Source of the DNA: an uncultured Acidobacteriota bacterium
Lineage (GTDB): Bacteria > Acidobacteriota > Thermoanaerobaculia > Multivoradales > UBA5704
DNA length: 64,000 nucleotides
Direction of reading: 5' to 3'
Assembly (NCBI GenBank): GCA_963755825.1
Contig: CAVWLA010000001.1
Span: 258,808 to 322,807 of the forward strand
Shown: positions 1 to 10,659 of the stretch, one piece after another
How the letters are laid out: each line of letters begins with the position of its first letter
How positions within the stretch are numbered: position 1 is the first letter of the stretch
Translations under genes and position numbers: made by a program
Notes under the pieces: model-generated
What the model was told of the DNA's origin: nothing
The model's input: only the letters and a program-made list of their open reading frames with translations
The model's database searches: none

Positions 1-91
1 GCGAGGGTTGCCAGGCCCTCGAGGCCCTGGACCGAGAGCTGCCGCCGGCGAGCGGCCGGCCCTGATCCGCATCCCCAAAGCCTAGTTTCAC

Positions 92-2641
92 TCAGCCCAG
101 GAAGCGGGCCAGATAAGGCGCGGTCCGGCTCCGGCCGGCCGCGGATTCCGCCACCTGCGAGGGCGTTCCGGCGGCGACCACACGGCCGCCTTCGTCGCCG
201 GCGCCGGGGCCGATGTCGATCACCCAGTCGCTGCCGGCGACGACCCGCATGTCGTGCTCGACGACGAGGACGGTGTTGCCGGCGTCGACCAGCCCATCGA
301 GCTGCCCCATCAGCCGGTCGACGTCCGCCGGATGCAGCCCAGTCGTCGGCTCGTCCAGCACGTAGAGCGTGTTGCCGCGCTGCACCCGCTGCAGCTCGGT
401 CGCGAGCTTGATGCGCTGCGCCTCGCCGCCGGACAGCTCGGTCGCCGCCTGGCCGAGCCGCAGGTAGCCGAGGCCGACCTGGCGCAGGATCTCCAGCGGG
501 CGATGGACCGGCGGCTCGTCGGCGAAGAACTGCCAGGCCGCGTCGACGGTCATCCCCAGCACGCCGGCGATGCTCTGGCCGCGGTACTCGATCTCGAGCG
601 TCTTCGCGTTGTACCGCGCGCCGTGGCAGGTGGGGCAGGCCGAGTAGACGCTGGCGAGGAAGAGCAGCTCGACGCAGAGGAAGCCCTCGCCTTCGCAGGT
701 CTCGCAGCGCCCCTTCGCCACGTTGAAGGAGAAGCGTCCGGCGTCGTAGCGGCGCGCCCGCGCCGCCCGTGTCGCGGCGAAGAGCCGGCGCACGGGATCG
801 AAGAGACCGGTGTAGGTCGCGAGATTGGAGCGCGGCGTCCGGCCGATCGGCTTCTGATCGACCGGCACCAGCCGCCGCAGGCTCTCCATCCCCGAGACGA
901 TCCGCCCGGCTCGACCGCGGACCTCGCCCGCCGGCGCTCCCCCATCGTCCTCCTCGACGTCGGCGGAGACCTCGCGGCCGAGGTGCTCCGCCACCAGCTC
1001 GACGAGAGCCTGGCTGACCAGGCTCGACTTCCCCGATCCGGAGACGCCGGTCACCGTCGTCAGCACCCCGAGAGGGAACGCCGCCTCGAGGTCTCGCAGG
1101 TTGTTGCGCGAGACGCCGGCGAGGCGGAGCCAGCCCTTCGGCGGCCGCGGCTCGCGGCGGTGCGACGGCGGCCCGGCGAAGAGATGGCGCCGGGTCACCG
1201 ACGCCTCGACCTGCGCCAGCCCTTCGGGCCGGCCGCTGTAGAGCACATGGCCGCCCTGCTCGCCGGCAGCTGGTCCAACGTCGACGATCCAGTCGGCACG
1301 GCGGACCACGTCGAGGTCGTGCTCGACCACGAAGAGCGAGTTGCCGGCGCGCTTCAGCTGCTCGAGCGCGGCGAGCAGCGCCTCGGTGTCCGCCGGATGG
1401 AGCCCGGCCGAGGGCTCGTCGAGCACGTAGACGACGCCGAAGAGGTTCGAGCGTACCTGGGTGGCGAGCCGCAGCCTCTGGAGCTCGCCCGGTGAGAGCG
1501 TCGGCGTGCTCCGTTCGAGCGCGAGATACCCCAGGCCGAGATCGAGCAGCACCGCGGCCCGCGCCACGAGGTCGGCGGAGATCCGCTGCGCGACCTGCGC
1601 CTTCTCCGGATGGCGCTTCGCGAGCTTGGCCATCGCCGCCGCCGTGCCGTCCGCGTAGGGCCGGAGCAGGCCCGCCAGGCGGACGATCGGCAGCCGGGAG
1701 ATGTCGGCGATGTCCAGACCTGCGAAGGTGACGGTGAGCGCTTCCGGACGCAGCCGCTTGCCGCCGCAGAGCGGGCAGTCGCGGCTCTCGAGGTACCGCG
1801 CCACCCGCTTCCGGATCGCCGGGCTCTGGGTGGTGGCGAAGGTGTGCAGCACGTAGCGCCGGGCGCTCGAGAAGTTGCCGTGGTAGTCGGGCGGCACCTT
1901 GCGCTTCCGGGCGGCGCGTATCTCGGCAGCGTCGAGGCCGCCATAGACCGGCACGACCGGCTGCTCGTCGGTGAAGAGGATCCACCAGCGGTCCTTCTCC
2001 GGCAGCTCGCGCCAAGGGCGGTCGACGTCATAGCCCAGCGTCGTCAGCATGTCGCGCAGGTTCTGGCCATGCCAGGCGGTCGGCCAGCCGCCGATCGCCC
2101 GCTCGCGGATGGTCAGCGAGTCGTCCGGCACCAGCGAGCGCTCGGTCGCCTCGTAGATCCTGCCCATCCCGTGGCAGCGGGGGCAGGCGCCCTGCGGGGT
2201 GTTGGTGGAGAACGACTCGGCCTCGAGATGGGCCTGGCCGGGCGGATACTTGCCGGCTCGCGAATAGAGCATGCGGAGGAGATTCGAGATCGTCGTGACG
2301 CTGCCGACCGACGAGCGCGAAGTCGGCGCGCCGCGCTGCTGCTGCAGCGCCACTGCCGGCGGCAGGCCGTCGATCTCGTCGACCTCAGGCACCCCCATTT
2401 GATCGAACAGGCGCCGGGCATAGGGGGCGACCGATTCGAGGTAGCGCCGCTGCGCCTCGGCATAGAGGGTGCCGAAGGCGAGCGACGACTTGCCGGAGCC
2501 GGAGATGCCGGTGAAGACGACGAGTGCGTTGCGCGGGATCTCGAGGTCGACGTTCTTGAGGTTGTGCTGGCGCGCCCCACGCACCCGCACGAAGCCGGTG
2601 AGCTCCGGCGCGACGGCTGCGGTATCCCCTGGAGCTGCCAC
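92..2641 (-). CDS. uvrA2: UvrA-like excinuclease ABC subunit A paralog (class II UvrA / UvrA2, 849 aa)
   Basis: 849 aa ORF with two ABC ATPase modules (Walker [13 protein letters not shown] and [10 protein letters not shown]), ABC signatures ([18 protein letters not shown]) and Zn-finger cysteines (CPRCHG, CETCEG, CPTCHG). It is about 90 aa shorter than canonical UvrA, consistent with class II UvrA lacking the UvrB-binding insert. Confidence 0.85.
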   Translation of the reverse strand: MAAPGDTAAVAPELTGFVRVRGARQHNLKNVDLEIPRNALVVFTGISGSGKSSLAFGTLYAEAQRRYLESVAPYARRLFDQMGVPEVDEIDGLPPAVALQQQRGAPTSRSSVGSVTTISNLLRMLYSRAGKYPPGQAHLEAESFSTNTPQGACPRCHGMGRIYEATERSLVPDDSLTIRERAIGGWPTAWHGQNLRDMLTTLGYDVDRPWRELPEKDRWWILFTDEQPVVPVYGGLDAAEIRAARKRKVPPDYHGNFSSARRYVLHTFATTQSPAIRKRVARYLESRDCPLCGGKRLRPEALTVTFAGLDIADISRLPIVRLAGLLRPYADGTAAAMAKLAKRHPEKAQVAQRISADLVARAAVLLDLGLGYLALERSTPTLSPGELQRLRLATQVRSNLFGVVYVLDEPSAGLHPADTEALLAALEQLKRAGNSLFVVEHDLDVVRRADWIVDVGPAAGEQGGHVLYSGRPEGLAQVEASVTRRHLFAGPPSHRREPRPPKGWLRLAGVSRNNLRDLEAAFPLGVLTTVTGVSGSGKSSLVSQALVELVAEHLGREVSADVEEDDGGAPAGEVRGRAGRIVSGMESLRRLVPVDQKPIGRTPRSNLATYTGLFDPVRRLFAATRAARARRYDAGRFSFNVAKGRCETCEGEGFLCVELLFLASVYSACPTCHGARYNAKTLEIEYRGQSIAGVLGMTVDAAWQFFADEPPVHRPLEILRQVGLGYLRLGQAATELSGGEAQRIKLATELQRVQRGNTLYVLDEPTTGLHPADVDRLMGQLDGLVDAGNTVLVVEHDMRVVAGSDWVIDIGPGAGDEGGRVVAAGTPSQVAESAAGRSRTAPYLARFLG

Positions 2642-2718
2642 CCCCCGAGGCTACGCAATCTCCGAGCCAGGAGATCGCCAGGTGGCTATCGTGCTGATGC
2701 GGCCAAGCGGCCCTTCCC

Positions 2719-4365
2719 TCAGGGCGGCGCCGCCCTCCGCGCCTCGACCACCTCCGGACGTACCGGTTCGGCCCGACTGCACTGTGCAACGATCTGCGCG
2801 TAGAAGGCGCGCGCCTTGCCGGTGTCGCCAGCCAGGCCGGCGGCGCGCGCCGCGTTGTAGAGCCCGTTGAGGCGGTTGGGGGCGGCGGCGAGCGCCGTCT
2901 CGTATTCCGTCAACGCGTCGCTCGGGCGGTGCAGCTCGAGCAGGAGATCCCCCAGCAGCTCGCGCGCCGGCAGCAGCTCTCCCGGAGTGACCGGGTGCTT
3001 GCCGACCTTGTCCTGCAGATCCGCCGCCGCGCGCAGCAGCGCGAGCGCCGCGTCCGGCTTTCCCTGCGCCTGCGCCAGCCAACCCGCGGCGGAGAGGCGG
3101 AGCGATTCGACCTCTGCCGCCCAATCGTAGGGCCCCGCCGGCGGCGCCTTGACCAGTGCGTCGTGGATCGCCGCGAGCTGCGCCAGCCCGTCCTGGGCGA
3201 TCGCCAGGTCGCCGCCGCGCGCGCCGCCCAGGGAGCGTGCGAAATGGGTGGCGGCGAGCGCGTAGCCGTAGGCGTCCCAGGGTAGCCCCGCCTTGGGCGG
3301 CGCGAGCTTGGCGGCGTCCTTCCACTGGCGGCGCTCGAGAGCGTAGCGGGCCGGGACCGCGGTGAGCGCGTAGCCGGCGGCGAAGTTGGGCTCGTCGAAG
3401 GTCGTCGCCCTCGTGGTGCGCTCGAGGACCGCCCTGGCCTTGGCGTCCTCGCCCGTCTGCAGGTAGGCGTACTCGAGATAGTCGAGGGCGTGCATGGCGT
3501 CGAACGAGGTGGCGCCGGGGTGCATGGTGGCGACCAGCGCGTCGGCGGTGGCCGCGGAAGCGAGGTTCGACTGGATCGACTCCTCCCACAGACCGAGGCG
3601 GGTGAAGATGTGCGAGGGCATGTGCTGTGCGTGCGGCGACGCCGGGGCGATCTTGGCGTAGGCGCGCGCCGCCGGCAGCGCCAGACTGGCGAGCTGAGGA
3701 TAGTCGAGCGAGTGGATGAGGTAGTGGGCGATTCCCGGATGGTGAGGCTCGAGCGGCAGGAGACGATTGAGGATCTCGGCCGCCTGACGCTGCTGGCTGA
3801 AGCTGCGATCGTTCGGCGGCGCGGAGCCGAGGAGCGAGAGGGCGTAGAAGATCGATGCCTCGTGGTCGTCGGGGAACCGCTTGGCGACGTCCGCCATGGC
3901 GTCGCGGAAACCGGCGGCGCGCGAGCGGTGGTCGAGCTTGCCGGCGTCGTGGTAGAAGGCGACGATCGCACCGATGTAGGCACGCTCGCGCTCGCTGGCA
4001 CCGCCCATCGCCGCCGCCCTGTCCGCGGCCGCTCGCCCCTGGTCGAGCTCGGCCGCGGTCGGCGGCGCCCAGACCGGGTGGTAGAACGACATCGCGATGC
4101 CCCACTGTGCCATCGCGCACCCGGGGTCGCGGGCGGCGACGTCGGCGAAGGTCTGCCGCGCCAGCTCGTAGCCGAAGGAGTGGAGCAGCGCCGTGGCGCG
4201 ATCGAGCTCCGCCGCCACGGCGTCCCGGCAGGTCGTCGGGAAGCGCACCGAGCCGAGCTCGCCTTCGGCGGCCCCTGGCGCCGGGTGCTGGTGCTCCTGC
4301 GCCAGCGCTCCCGCCGGTCCCAGGATCGAGAGGAGCGCGATCGAAGTAAGCAGCGTACGATTCAT
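2719..4365 (-). CDS. Secreted tetratricopeptide-repeat (TPR) protein
   Basis: ORF 2719-4629 trimmed to internal ATG at 4363-4365 ([24 protein letters not shown] signal peptide, GGAG RBS upstream). Alpha-helical TPR-like repeats throughout. Overlapping 616 aa ORF in other frame is a GC artefact. Confidence 0.6.
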   Translation of the reverse strand: MNRTLLTSIALLSILGPAGALAQEHQHPAPGAAEGELGSVRFPTTCRDAVAAELDRATALLHSFGYELARQTFADVAARDPGCAMAQWGIAMSFYHPVWAPPTAAELDQGRAAADRAAAMGGASERERAYIGAIVAFYHDAGKLDHRSRAAGFRDAMADVAKRFPDDHEASIFYALSLLGSAPPNDRSFSQQRQAAEILNRLLPLEPHHPGIAHYLIHSLDYPQLASLALPAARAYAKIAPASPHAQHMPSHIFTRLGLWEESIQSNLASAATADALVATMHPGATSFDAMHALDYLEYAYLQTGEDAKARAVLERTTRATTFDEPNFAAGYALTAVPARYALERRQWKDAAKLAPPKAGLPWDAYGYALAATHFARSLGGARGGDLAIAQDGLAQLAAIHDALVKAPPAGPYDWAAEVESLRLSAAGWLAQAQGKPDAALALLRAAADLQDKVGKHPVTPGELLPARELLGDLLLELHRPSDALTEYETALAAAPNRLNGLYNAARAAGLAGDTGKARAFYAQIVAQCSRAEPVRPEVVEARRAAPP

Positions 4366-4680
4366 CGGAGACTCCTGGAGGGAGGTGCATCCCTGTGGAT
4401 CCGAGTGGACGCCGGAGCTCCGGCGCAGAACGGTGAGTGAGGGCGGCTCCTCGGCATATTGGGCTCCTTTCGATCCTAGTCCCAAGAAGGGATATGTCCA
4501 CGAGACCGGGCGACTCCAGGCGCCGAGTTTCTCGCCCATTGCGAAAACTTGCAAATCGATCAAGGCAGACCTTTTCGGCGATCTAAATCCAAGCATAGAA
4601 GACTGCTGTGGTAACCTTAAACAAGGCATGCGTCACGACGCGCCTGCCGGCACTGCCAACGATGGCGTGGAGGACACAAG

Positions 4681-4899
4681 ATGGCGAACGTCTACGTTGA
4701 ACCGCGACCGAAGGGGCGTCCAGAAGGAACCCCGATCACAGACTACGTACTCGAATCTGCGGGTGGCCAGACCATAGGGGATGTCTTCAAGACCCAGGCA
4801 GAAGCGGCTCGCTACGCCAGAGATCACGGCCATCATCCACTTTGTGCCCGCGTCCGTAATACCGACAAGGGCAACCCGGATCACTGGCGTTCCTGTTGA
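4681..4899 (+). CDS. Small DUF2188-like protein (72 aa)
   Basis: 72 aa ORF with GGAGGA RBS 6 nt upstream. The charged, Trp-terminal pattern (RVRNTDKGNPDHWRS) resembles DUF2188 small proteins. It lies in a locally lower-GC segment. Confidence 0.45.
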   Translation: MANVYVEPRPKGRPEGTPITDYVLESAGGQTIGDVFKTQAEAARYARDHGHHPLCARVRNTDKGNPDHWRSC

Positions 4900-5301
4900 A
4901 GTCGATCGCATGATTGCCTTGTCGCTGGTCGGCCTGTCCCCCCCCACGCCCGATGCTCGCGCCTTTCGCCGTCCTAAAGCGCGGGAGAAGTTGAAGCTTG
5001 CTGGCTTCCGCGCCATGGTTTGACCTCGGCCCGCTGCCGATACTGGTGAGAGAGATCTGGCGCGAAGTGGGAGCGGTAGAGATGCGTTGCCTTGCCGAGA
5101 GGAGGCCGGCGAGGCGGAGCTCTTCGACGATGCGCGAATAGCCCCCGTGCCGTTGGCGCCCTACGGCCGATAGCCGCGACACAGGGGGCCGGTCTCCCAC
5201 TGCGGATTAGCCAGAAGCTGGCTGGTAACAGTTTCGTGGTCAGCAGGTCTCGGTTTAATCCCGATCGTCGGCCCCAAAAGTCGGCAAAGCAGATCGCTCT
5301 T

Positions 5302-5590
5302 TCAGCGCGATCCGTGACCTTCCCTCAAGTCTGCGGCGTCGCCTTCTGGGGGAGGAGGGGGGGATAGCCGCGAGGCGGCAGTCGCCGGCGAATCGTAGAC
5401 GAAGACGTTCGCCTGGCCGCCGTACATTTGGAGCTGGCGGAGAGACGGCTTGCTGTCTCCATGCTGCCCAGGAGATCGTCCGACGGCGGCGCCGGCGCTA
5501 GATCCCGAGGGCGGCGAGGAACCGGCGACGAGGATCGCGCTGTTCAGGATACGGACCGTCCTGGTGAGAGTGGCTGGCGTGCTGCTCATG
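5302..5590 (-). pseudogene. Degenerate truncated paralog of the small membrane protein gene at 6623-6997
   Basis: Translation from ATG at 5588-5590 gives MSSTPATLTRTVRILNSAIL...SKPSLRQLQMYGGQANVF, matching the N-terminus of the 6623-6997 protein. It has lost the hydrophobic helix through an internal deletion and has a divergent tail. It sits inside direct repeat copy 1. Confidence 0.4.
5389..5590. repeat. Direct repeat copy 1 (~200 bp, imperfect, with ~15 nt deletion) of the 5' end of gene 6623-6997
   Basis: Sequence gaagacgttcgcctggccgccgtacatttggagctggcggag...gctcatg aligns with 6806-7000 at roughly 85% identity. Confidence 0.65.
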
Positions 5591-5838
5591 TTGACTTCCG
5601 GTCGCCCCGTCGAATGCGGACTGGTGACTCCGCTTGTCTCTCGACGAGGGACGACGCAGAAATAGCCTGGATTCCTGCTGAGCGCGCATTGAGTGACCCT
5701 ACCTGTTCGAGGGCCTCCAAGTGCGACGACTCGCCCGTCTCCGCCTGACGACCAGCGCCTTGGCCGCCGAGGTGTAGGAGTCGAGGCGCGCCGACCGATC
5801 AAGCATCACCACTGTCCGAAGAAGTCTAGGCTGACAAG

Positions 5839-6447
5839 GTGAAGTCCGTCGCGGAGGAGGAAGGCCAGCCCTTCGGCCGGCAGACGCGGTATTCTTGCTG
5901 GCCCATGCTTATCGACGTCAAAGGGCTAGTGAGCGCCGCTGTCAACGTCTGGCAGTTCCTGAAGGGCAGGAAGCAGCTCCTTGAGGTCGTCATCAGAAAA
6001 AACGATCTTGAATCTGAGTCTGATTGGGTTGGGCTCGTTCCTGCGTTTCTATCTCCCTCACCAAAGTCAGCGGCTGAGCGGACGGTGCTGGATGCTCATC
6101 TCTCGGAGGTGATCATCATCAACCACGAGGACAAGCCTACGGAAGTGCTACGACTTCAATTCGCCGTATTTTCTCGATGGCGGAGGGAAGTTCATCCCGT
6201 GGTCGTGAGGGAGGATAGGCTCACGGGAGGCCCTCGGATCGAGGCGCGGCACTCTCAGTCCTTTCAGGTTCGCTACGTCGCATCATTCGAGGGTCGGCTC
6301 CTCAGGAAGAGAGTGTTCCTCATCCTCAAGACTACGGGCCCTCGTGAAATACGAAAGAAGCTGCCTGACTACCTCTTCTTTAAGGCGCACAGCCCTGGTG
6401 ATCCCGTCTCAGGCACTGGCCGTGACGCTGACCAAATCGAAGCCTGA
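5839..6447 (+). CDS. Hypothetical protein, no recognisable domain (orphan gene in low-GC insert)
   Basis: 202 aa ORF with markedly lower GC and AT-rich codons compared with surrounding genes. It lies between the two direct repeat copies. An alternative start at MLIDVKG is possible. Confidence 0.4.
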   Translation: MKSVAEEEGQPFGRQTRYSCWPMLIDVKGLVSAAVNVWQFLKGRKQLLEVVIRKNDLESESDWVGLVPAFLSPSPKSAAERTVLDAHLSEVIIINHEDKPTEVLRLQFAVFSRWRREVHPVVVREDRLTGGPRIEARHSQSFQVRYVASFEGRLLRKRVFLILKTTGPREIRKKLPDYLFFKAHSPGDPVSGTGRDADQIEA

Positions 6448-6622
6448 GATCCCAGAGGAAAGATCAAGCGGCGGCCCGCGCTTGCTTGCACCAGTTGCGA
6501 TTGCCCGGGCGGTCGGCTCGAACTTCTTGGCCAACTGCTCTGGCTCGCAGTCTGCTCGGACCAGCTCCATCGTGGTCCCGCGACGAACAGACTCAGGGCG
6601 CTCGTCGGAGCGCCAGGATCGA

Positions 6623-6997
6623 TCATCCGAGATCGTTCTTGGTGTGCTCCGGCTCCGGGGCTGCGGCTTCGCCTTCCATGGGAGGCAGGGGGATGGCGGC
6701 CAGGCGGCAGCCGCCGGCCGCGATGGCGGCGAGGACGGCGACGGTGACCGCCAGGCGGGGGCCCTGCCAGAGGCTGCCGATCCATTGGCGGATCTCGTAG
6801 GCGAAGACGTTCGCCTGGCCGCCGTACATCTGGAGCTGGCGGAGGGACTGCTTGCTGTCCTCCATGCTGCCCAGGGGATCGTCCGGCGGCGGCGGCGAGG
6901 TGCGGTAGATCACCAGGGCGGCGAGGAGGCCGGCGGCGAGGATCGCGTTGCTCAGGATGCGGAGCGTCCTGGTGCGGGCGGCTGGCGTGATGCTCAT
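6623..6997 (-). CDS. Small membrane protein, hypothetical (124 aa, one predicted TM helix)
   Basis: ATG at 6995-6997. Hydrophobic segment LRILSNAILAAGLLAALVIY. The 5' ~200 bp is duplicated at 5389-5590. Confidence 0.45.
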   Translation of the reverse strand: MSITPAARTRTLRILSNAILAAGLLAALVIYRTSPPPPDDPLGSMEDSKQSLRQLQMYGGQANVFAYEIRQWIGSLWQGPRLAVTVAVLAAIAAGGCRLAAIPLPPMEGEAAAPEPEHTKNDLG

Positions 6998-7000
6998 GGG
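6796..7000. repeat. Direct repeat copy 2 (intact) of the ~200 bp segment
   Basis: Matches 5389-5590, see copy 1. Confidence 0.65.
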
Positions 7001-7282
7001 TTGGCTCCCCTCGCCGCGCCGCCGCTCGCGAGCTGCCCGGCGATCGGCATGCGGGGGATTCTATTGGAGACGGCGTGGGAGACAGCGGGCGTAACCTGCC
7101 ATATCCTGATAGCGTCTCTGTGGGCAGGCTCCGAGGGTCCGCCCCGGAACAAACCCTCGTTCTGAGCCGTTGTTTTCCACCGGATGTACCTCGGCGCGGC
7201 GCCCGCGGTCAGTTGTGGCGCTTCCCTTGCACTGTTCGATCGGGGCGGCTGTCTCGGGCCGTCCGTTTCCGGCGAGGATTCC

Positions 7283-8632
7283 ATGGGTAAAAAGGGCTGG
7301 GTGGTGATCGCGGCGATCGTCGCGGTGGTTCTCGCTGGAGGGATCTACTTCGAGCGGCACAAGACGCCGGAGCCCAGATTCCGCACCGTCAAGGTGGAGC
7401 AGGGAGACGTGGTGGCTACCGTCACCGCCTCCGGCACGCTGTCGGCGGTCACCACGGTGCAGGTGGGCAGCCAGGTCTCGGGGATCGTCGCCAAGCTCTT
7501 CGTCGACTTCAACTCCGAGGTGAAGAAGGGGCAGCTCCTGGCCGAGCTCGACCCGACGCCGTTCCAGGCGGCGGTCGACCAGCAGCAGGCGAGCGTGCAG
7601 AAGGCCAAGGTCGACCAGGTGAGCTCGCAGATCGCCTGGGGGCGGTCGAAGAAACTCCTGGCGCAGGGCCTGATCGCGCAGTCTGACTACGACACCGCCA
7701 CGGCGACGCGCGACGGCGCCGTCGCGGCGGTCAAGGTGGCTCAGGCGTCGCTCCAGCAGGCGCTCGCCAACCTCACCTATACGAAGATCCTGTCGCCGAT
7801 CGACGGCATCGTCGTCGACCGCGAGTACAACGTCGGGCAGACGGTGGCGGCCTCGTTCCAGGCGCCGACCATCTTCACCATCGCGCAGGATCTGGCGAAG
7901 ATGCAGGTGCTGACCAACATGGACGAGGCCGACATCGGCGGCATCAAGGTCGGCCAGAGCGCCAACTTCACCGTCGACGCGTTCCCCGACCAGACCTTCC
8001 GCGGCTCCGTGTCGCAGATCCGGCTGTCGCCGCAGACGGTGCAGAACGTCGTCACCTATCCCGTCGTCATCGACGTCGCCAACGTCGACTTGAAGCTCAA
8101 GCCCGGGATGACCGCCGACGTCCAGGTGCCGGTCGACGTGCGCCACGACGTGCTGCGGGTGCCGAACGCGGCGCTGCGCTTCAAGCCCGATCCCGCCGAC
8201 CTGGTGCCGGGAGCGGTGACGACGGTGACCGGCGGCGGCGGGACGGGCAAGCCGGGCGACCAGGCGGCTCAGGGCACCCAGGCGGCTCTCGGGACCGAGA
8301 GTGGCGCCGGGGGCGCGGCGTCTGGAGCCGCCGGAGCCGCCGGAGCGACCGGACATGGGGGCCGCGGCGCCGGCGGGGCGAGCCGCAGCGGCCGCACCGG
8401 CGGCGGCTCCCGCCAGGCCATCGTCTACGTCCAGGTCGAGAACGGCAAGCTCAAGCCGGTCCAGGTGCGCACCTCGATCACCGACGGCTCGTTCACCGCG
8501 GTGACCTCGAAGGATCTCAAGGTGGACGACGAGGTGGTCGTCGGCCTCGCCACGGCCAAGGCCGGCACCTCGTCGACCTCGCGGCCGCCGACCCTCGGCG
8601 GCGGCGGACCCGGCCGCGGCGGACCGCGGTAG
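7283..8632 (+). CDS. macA: Efflux ABC transporter periplasmic adaptor subunit (HlyD/MacA family)
   Basis: ORF 7184-8632 trimmed to ATG at 7283 (MGKKGWVVIAAIVAVVLAGG membrane anchor). It has coiled-coil and beta-barrel/lipoyl motifs typical of membrane fusion proteins (TKILSPIDGIVV, ADVQVPV). Gly-rich C-terminal tail. Confidence 0.85.
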   Translation: MGKKGWVVIAAIVAVVLAGGIYFERHKTPEPRFRTVKVEQGDVVATVTASGTLSAVTTVQVGSQVSGIVAKLFVDFNSEVKKGQLLAELDPTPFQAAVDQQQASVQKAKVDQVSSQIAWGRSKKLLAQGLIAQSDYDTATATRDGAVAAVKVAQASLQQALANLTYTKILSPIDGIVVDREYNVGQTVAASFQAPTIFTIAQDLAKMQVLTNMDEADIGGIKVGQSANFTVDAFPDQTFRGSVSQIRLSPQTVQNVVTYPVVIDVANVDLKLKPGMTADVQVPVDVRHDVLRVPNAALRFKPDPADLVPGAVTTVTGGGGTGKPGDQAAQGTQAALGTESGAGGAASGAAGAAGATGHGGRGAGGASRSGRTGGGSRQAIVYVQVENGKLKPVQVRTSITDGSFTAVTSKDLKVDDEVVVGLATAKAGTSSTSRPPTLGGGGPGRGGPR

Positions 8633-8640
8633 GAGGCGCC

Positions 8641-9429
8641 ATGGCCAAGGTCATCGAGATCACCGATCTCACCCGCGTCTACAAGGTCGGCGGCTCCGAG
8701 GTGCGCGCCCTGGACGGCATCTCGCTCGCGGTCGAGAACGGTGAGTTCCTGGCCGTCATGGGCTCCTCGGGCTCCGGCAAGTCGACGCTGATGAACATCC
8801 TCGGCTGCCTCGACCGCCCGACCTCGGGGCGCTACGTCCTCGAGGGGATCGACGTCTCCTCGCTCGACCGCGACGCCCGCGCCGAGATCCGCAACGACAA
8901 GATCGGCTTCGTCTTCCAGAGCTTCAACCTGCTGGCGCGCACCTCGGCGCTGGAGAACGTCGAGCTGCCGCTCCTCTACTCGAAGAAGGCGCTGAAGATC
9001 TCGGACGCCGAGCGCGAGGCGAAGGCCCGCGCCTGCCTGGCGCGGGTGGGCCTCGCGGAGCGCTGGGACCACACCTCGGCGCAGCTCTCGGGCGGCCAGC
9101 AGCAGCGGGTGGCGATCGCCCGCAGCCTGGTCAACGATCCGGCCATCGTCCTCGCCGACGAGCCGACCGGCAACCTCGACTCGCACACCTCGGAGGAGGT
9201 CATCGCCATCTTCCAGGGCTTGAACGACGAGGGCAAGACCATCGTCCTCATCACCCACGAGCCGGACATCGCCGAGTTCGCCCAGCGCGTCGTCACCTTC
9301 CGCGACGGCAAGATGATCTCCGACGAGCGGGTCAAGAACCGCCGCCGCGCGGCGACCTCCGCTGCCGCGCCGGCGCCGGCGGCCGCCGACCCCGCCGTCG
9401 AGCCGGTCGCCTCAGGAGCCCGCCCATGA
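8641..9429 (+). CDS. macB: ABC transporter ATP-binding protein (MacB/LolD-type)
   Basis: Walker A GSSGSGKSTL, signature LSGGQQQRVAIARSL, Walker B IVLADEPTGNLD. ATG 9 nt after macA stop. Confidence 0.9.
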   Translation: MAKVIEITDLTRVYKVGGSEVRALDGISLAVENGEFLAVMGSSGSGKSTLMNILGCLDRPTSGRYVLEGIDVSSLDRDARAEIRNDKIGFVFQSFNLLARTSALENVELPLLYSKKALKISDAEREAKARACLARVGLAERWDHTSAQLSGGQQQRVAIARSLVNDPAIVLADEPTGNLDSHTSEEVIAIFQGLNDEGKTIVLITHEPDIAEFAQRVVTFRDGKMISDERVKNRRRAATSAAAPAPAAADPAVEPVASGARP

Positions 9430-10652
9430 CCAAGTCGCAGAACATCCTCAAGGTCGCCTTCGGCGCCCTCGGGCGCAACAAGCTGCGCTCGCTGCTGACC
9501 ACCCTCGGCATCATCATCGGCGTCGCCTGCGTGGTGGCGACGATCGGCATCGGCGACGGCGCGCGCATCCAGGCGCAGGACCAGCTGCGCTCGCTGGGCA
9601 CCAACTTCCTGATGATCTTCCCCGGCGCCATCACCTCCTCCGGGGCGCGCAGCGGCTTCGGCGGCAGCTCCAAGCTCTCCGAGGACGACGTCGACGCCAT
9701 CCGCCGCGAGGTGCCCGCCGCCGCCTACGTCTCGGCCTCCAACCGCACCGTGGCGCAGGTCATCTACGGCAACCAGAACTGGTCGACGACGATCCAGGGG
9801 GCGCAGGTCGACTGGCCGCTCATCCGCTCCTGGAACATCGGCGTCGGCCAGTTCTTCTCCGACCAGGACGACCGCGCCGCGGCGAAGGTCTGCGTCCTCG
9901 GCACGACGGTCGCCGAGAACCTCTTCGGCAGCGAGGACCCGATCGGCAAGACCATCCGCATCAAGAACCTGCCGTTCCGGGTGGCGGGCGTGCTCGAGGC
10001 CAAGGGCGGCTCGACCAACGGCGCCGACCAGGACGACACCGTCATCGCGCCCTACGAGACGGTGCGCAAGAAGCTCCTCGGCACCACCGCGGTCGGCACC
10101 GTCCTGGTCTCGGCGACCTCGAACGACAAGGTCGACGAGGCGCAGAACGAGATCACCGCGCTCCTCGAGCAGCGCCATCGCATCAACCGCGCCGCCGGGC
10201 AGGAGGACGACTTCGCCATCCGCTCGCAGACGGAGATGCTGGAGCAGGCGGCGCAGCAGTCGCAGACCATGAGCTACCTGCTGTGGTCGATCGCCGGCGT
10301 CTCTCTCCTCGTCGGCGGCATCGGCATCATGAACATCATGCTGGTGTCGGTCACCGAGCGCACGCGGGAGATCGGCATCCGCATGGCGATCGGCGCCAAG
10401 GGCGGCGACATCCGCGCCCAGTTCCTCGTCGAGGCGGTGGTGCTGGCGATCTCCGGCGGCGCCATCGGCATCGGCGTCGGGATCGGCATCCAGCGCGGCG
10501 TCGCCCGCTTCGCCGGCTGGCCGGTCGCCGTGCAGGCGAGCGCCATGGGGCTCGCCTTCGCCTTCTCGGCGCTCATCGGCATCACCTTCGGTTTCTACCC
10601 GGCGCTCAAGGCGTCACAGCTCGATCCCATCGAAGCGCTGCGCTACGAGTAG
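9426..10652 (+). CDS. ABC transporter permease, FtsX/MacB-like (408 aa)
   Basis: N-terminal TM helix, MacB-like periplasmic domain, and a C-terminal FtsX domain with 3 TM helices ([12 protein letters not shown] motif). Start overlaps upstream stop (ATGA). Confidence 0.9.
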   Translation: MTKSQNILKVAFGALGRNKLRSLLTTLGIIIGVACVVATIGIGDGARIQAQDQLRSLGTNFLMIFPGAITSSGARSGFGGSSKLSEDDVDAIRREVPAAAYVSASNRTVAQVIYGNQNWSTTIQGAQVDWPLIRSWNIGVGQFFSDQDDRAAAKVCVLGTTVAENLFGSEDPIGKTIRIKNLPFRVAGVLEAKGGSTNGADQDDTVIAPYETVRKKLLGTTAVGTVLVSATSNDKVDEAQNEITALLEQRHRINRAAGQEDDFAIRSQTEMLEQAAQQSQTMSYLLWSIAGVSLLVGGIGIMNIMLVSVTERTREIGIRMAIGAKGGDIRAQFLVEAVVLAISGGAIGIGVGIGIQRGVARFAGWPVAVQASAMGLAFAFSALIGITFGFYPALKASQLDPIEALRYE

Positions 10653-10659
10653 CGGACCG

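Noticed and set aside
1-65. Partial C-terminus of an upstream plus-strand gene ending at TGA 63-65
   Set aside because: Only about 20 codons are visible (…ALEALDRELPPASGRP). That is too short to call a product or confirm a frame.
254-4501. Long ORFs antisense to or overlapping uvrA2 and the TPR gene (254-1495 +, 1610-2803 +, 2651-4501 -)
   Set aside because: They are Arg/Pro/Ala-rich low-complexity translations typical of alternative frames in ~70% GC DNA. They have no motifs and overlap well-supported genes.
4545-4590. TTGCAA / CTAAAT promoter-like hexamers upstream of the DUF2188-like gene
   Set aside because: Spacing and -10 match are poor; not supportable.
5030-5300. Possible structured ncRNA (tmRNA / RNase P RNA) in the ~900 bp gene-free stretch; a GCTGGTAACAG stretch resembles an RNase P RNA segment and ggtttaatccc resembles a T-loop
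   Set aside because: The hallmark conserved regions (GGAGGAAAGTCCGG, GGTAAGAGCGCACC, tmRNA tag-reading frame and CCA-proximal acceptor) are absent. The similarities are short and likely due to chance.
7061-8356. 431 aa ORF antisense to macA
   Set aside because: Low-complexity, no motif; macA on the plus strand is well supported.
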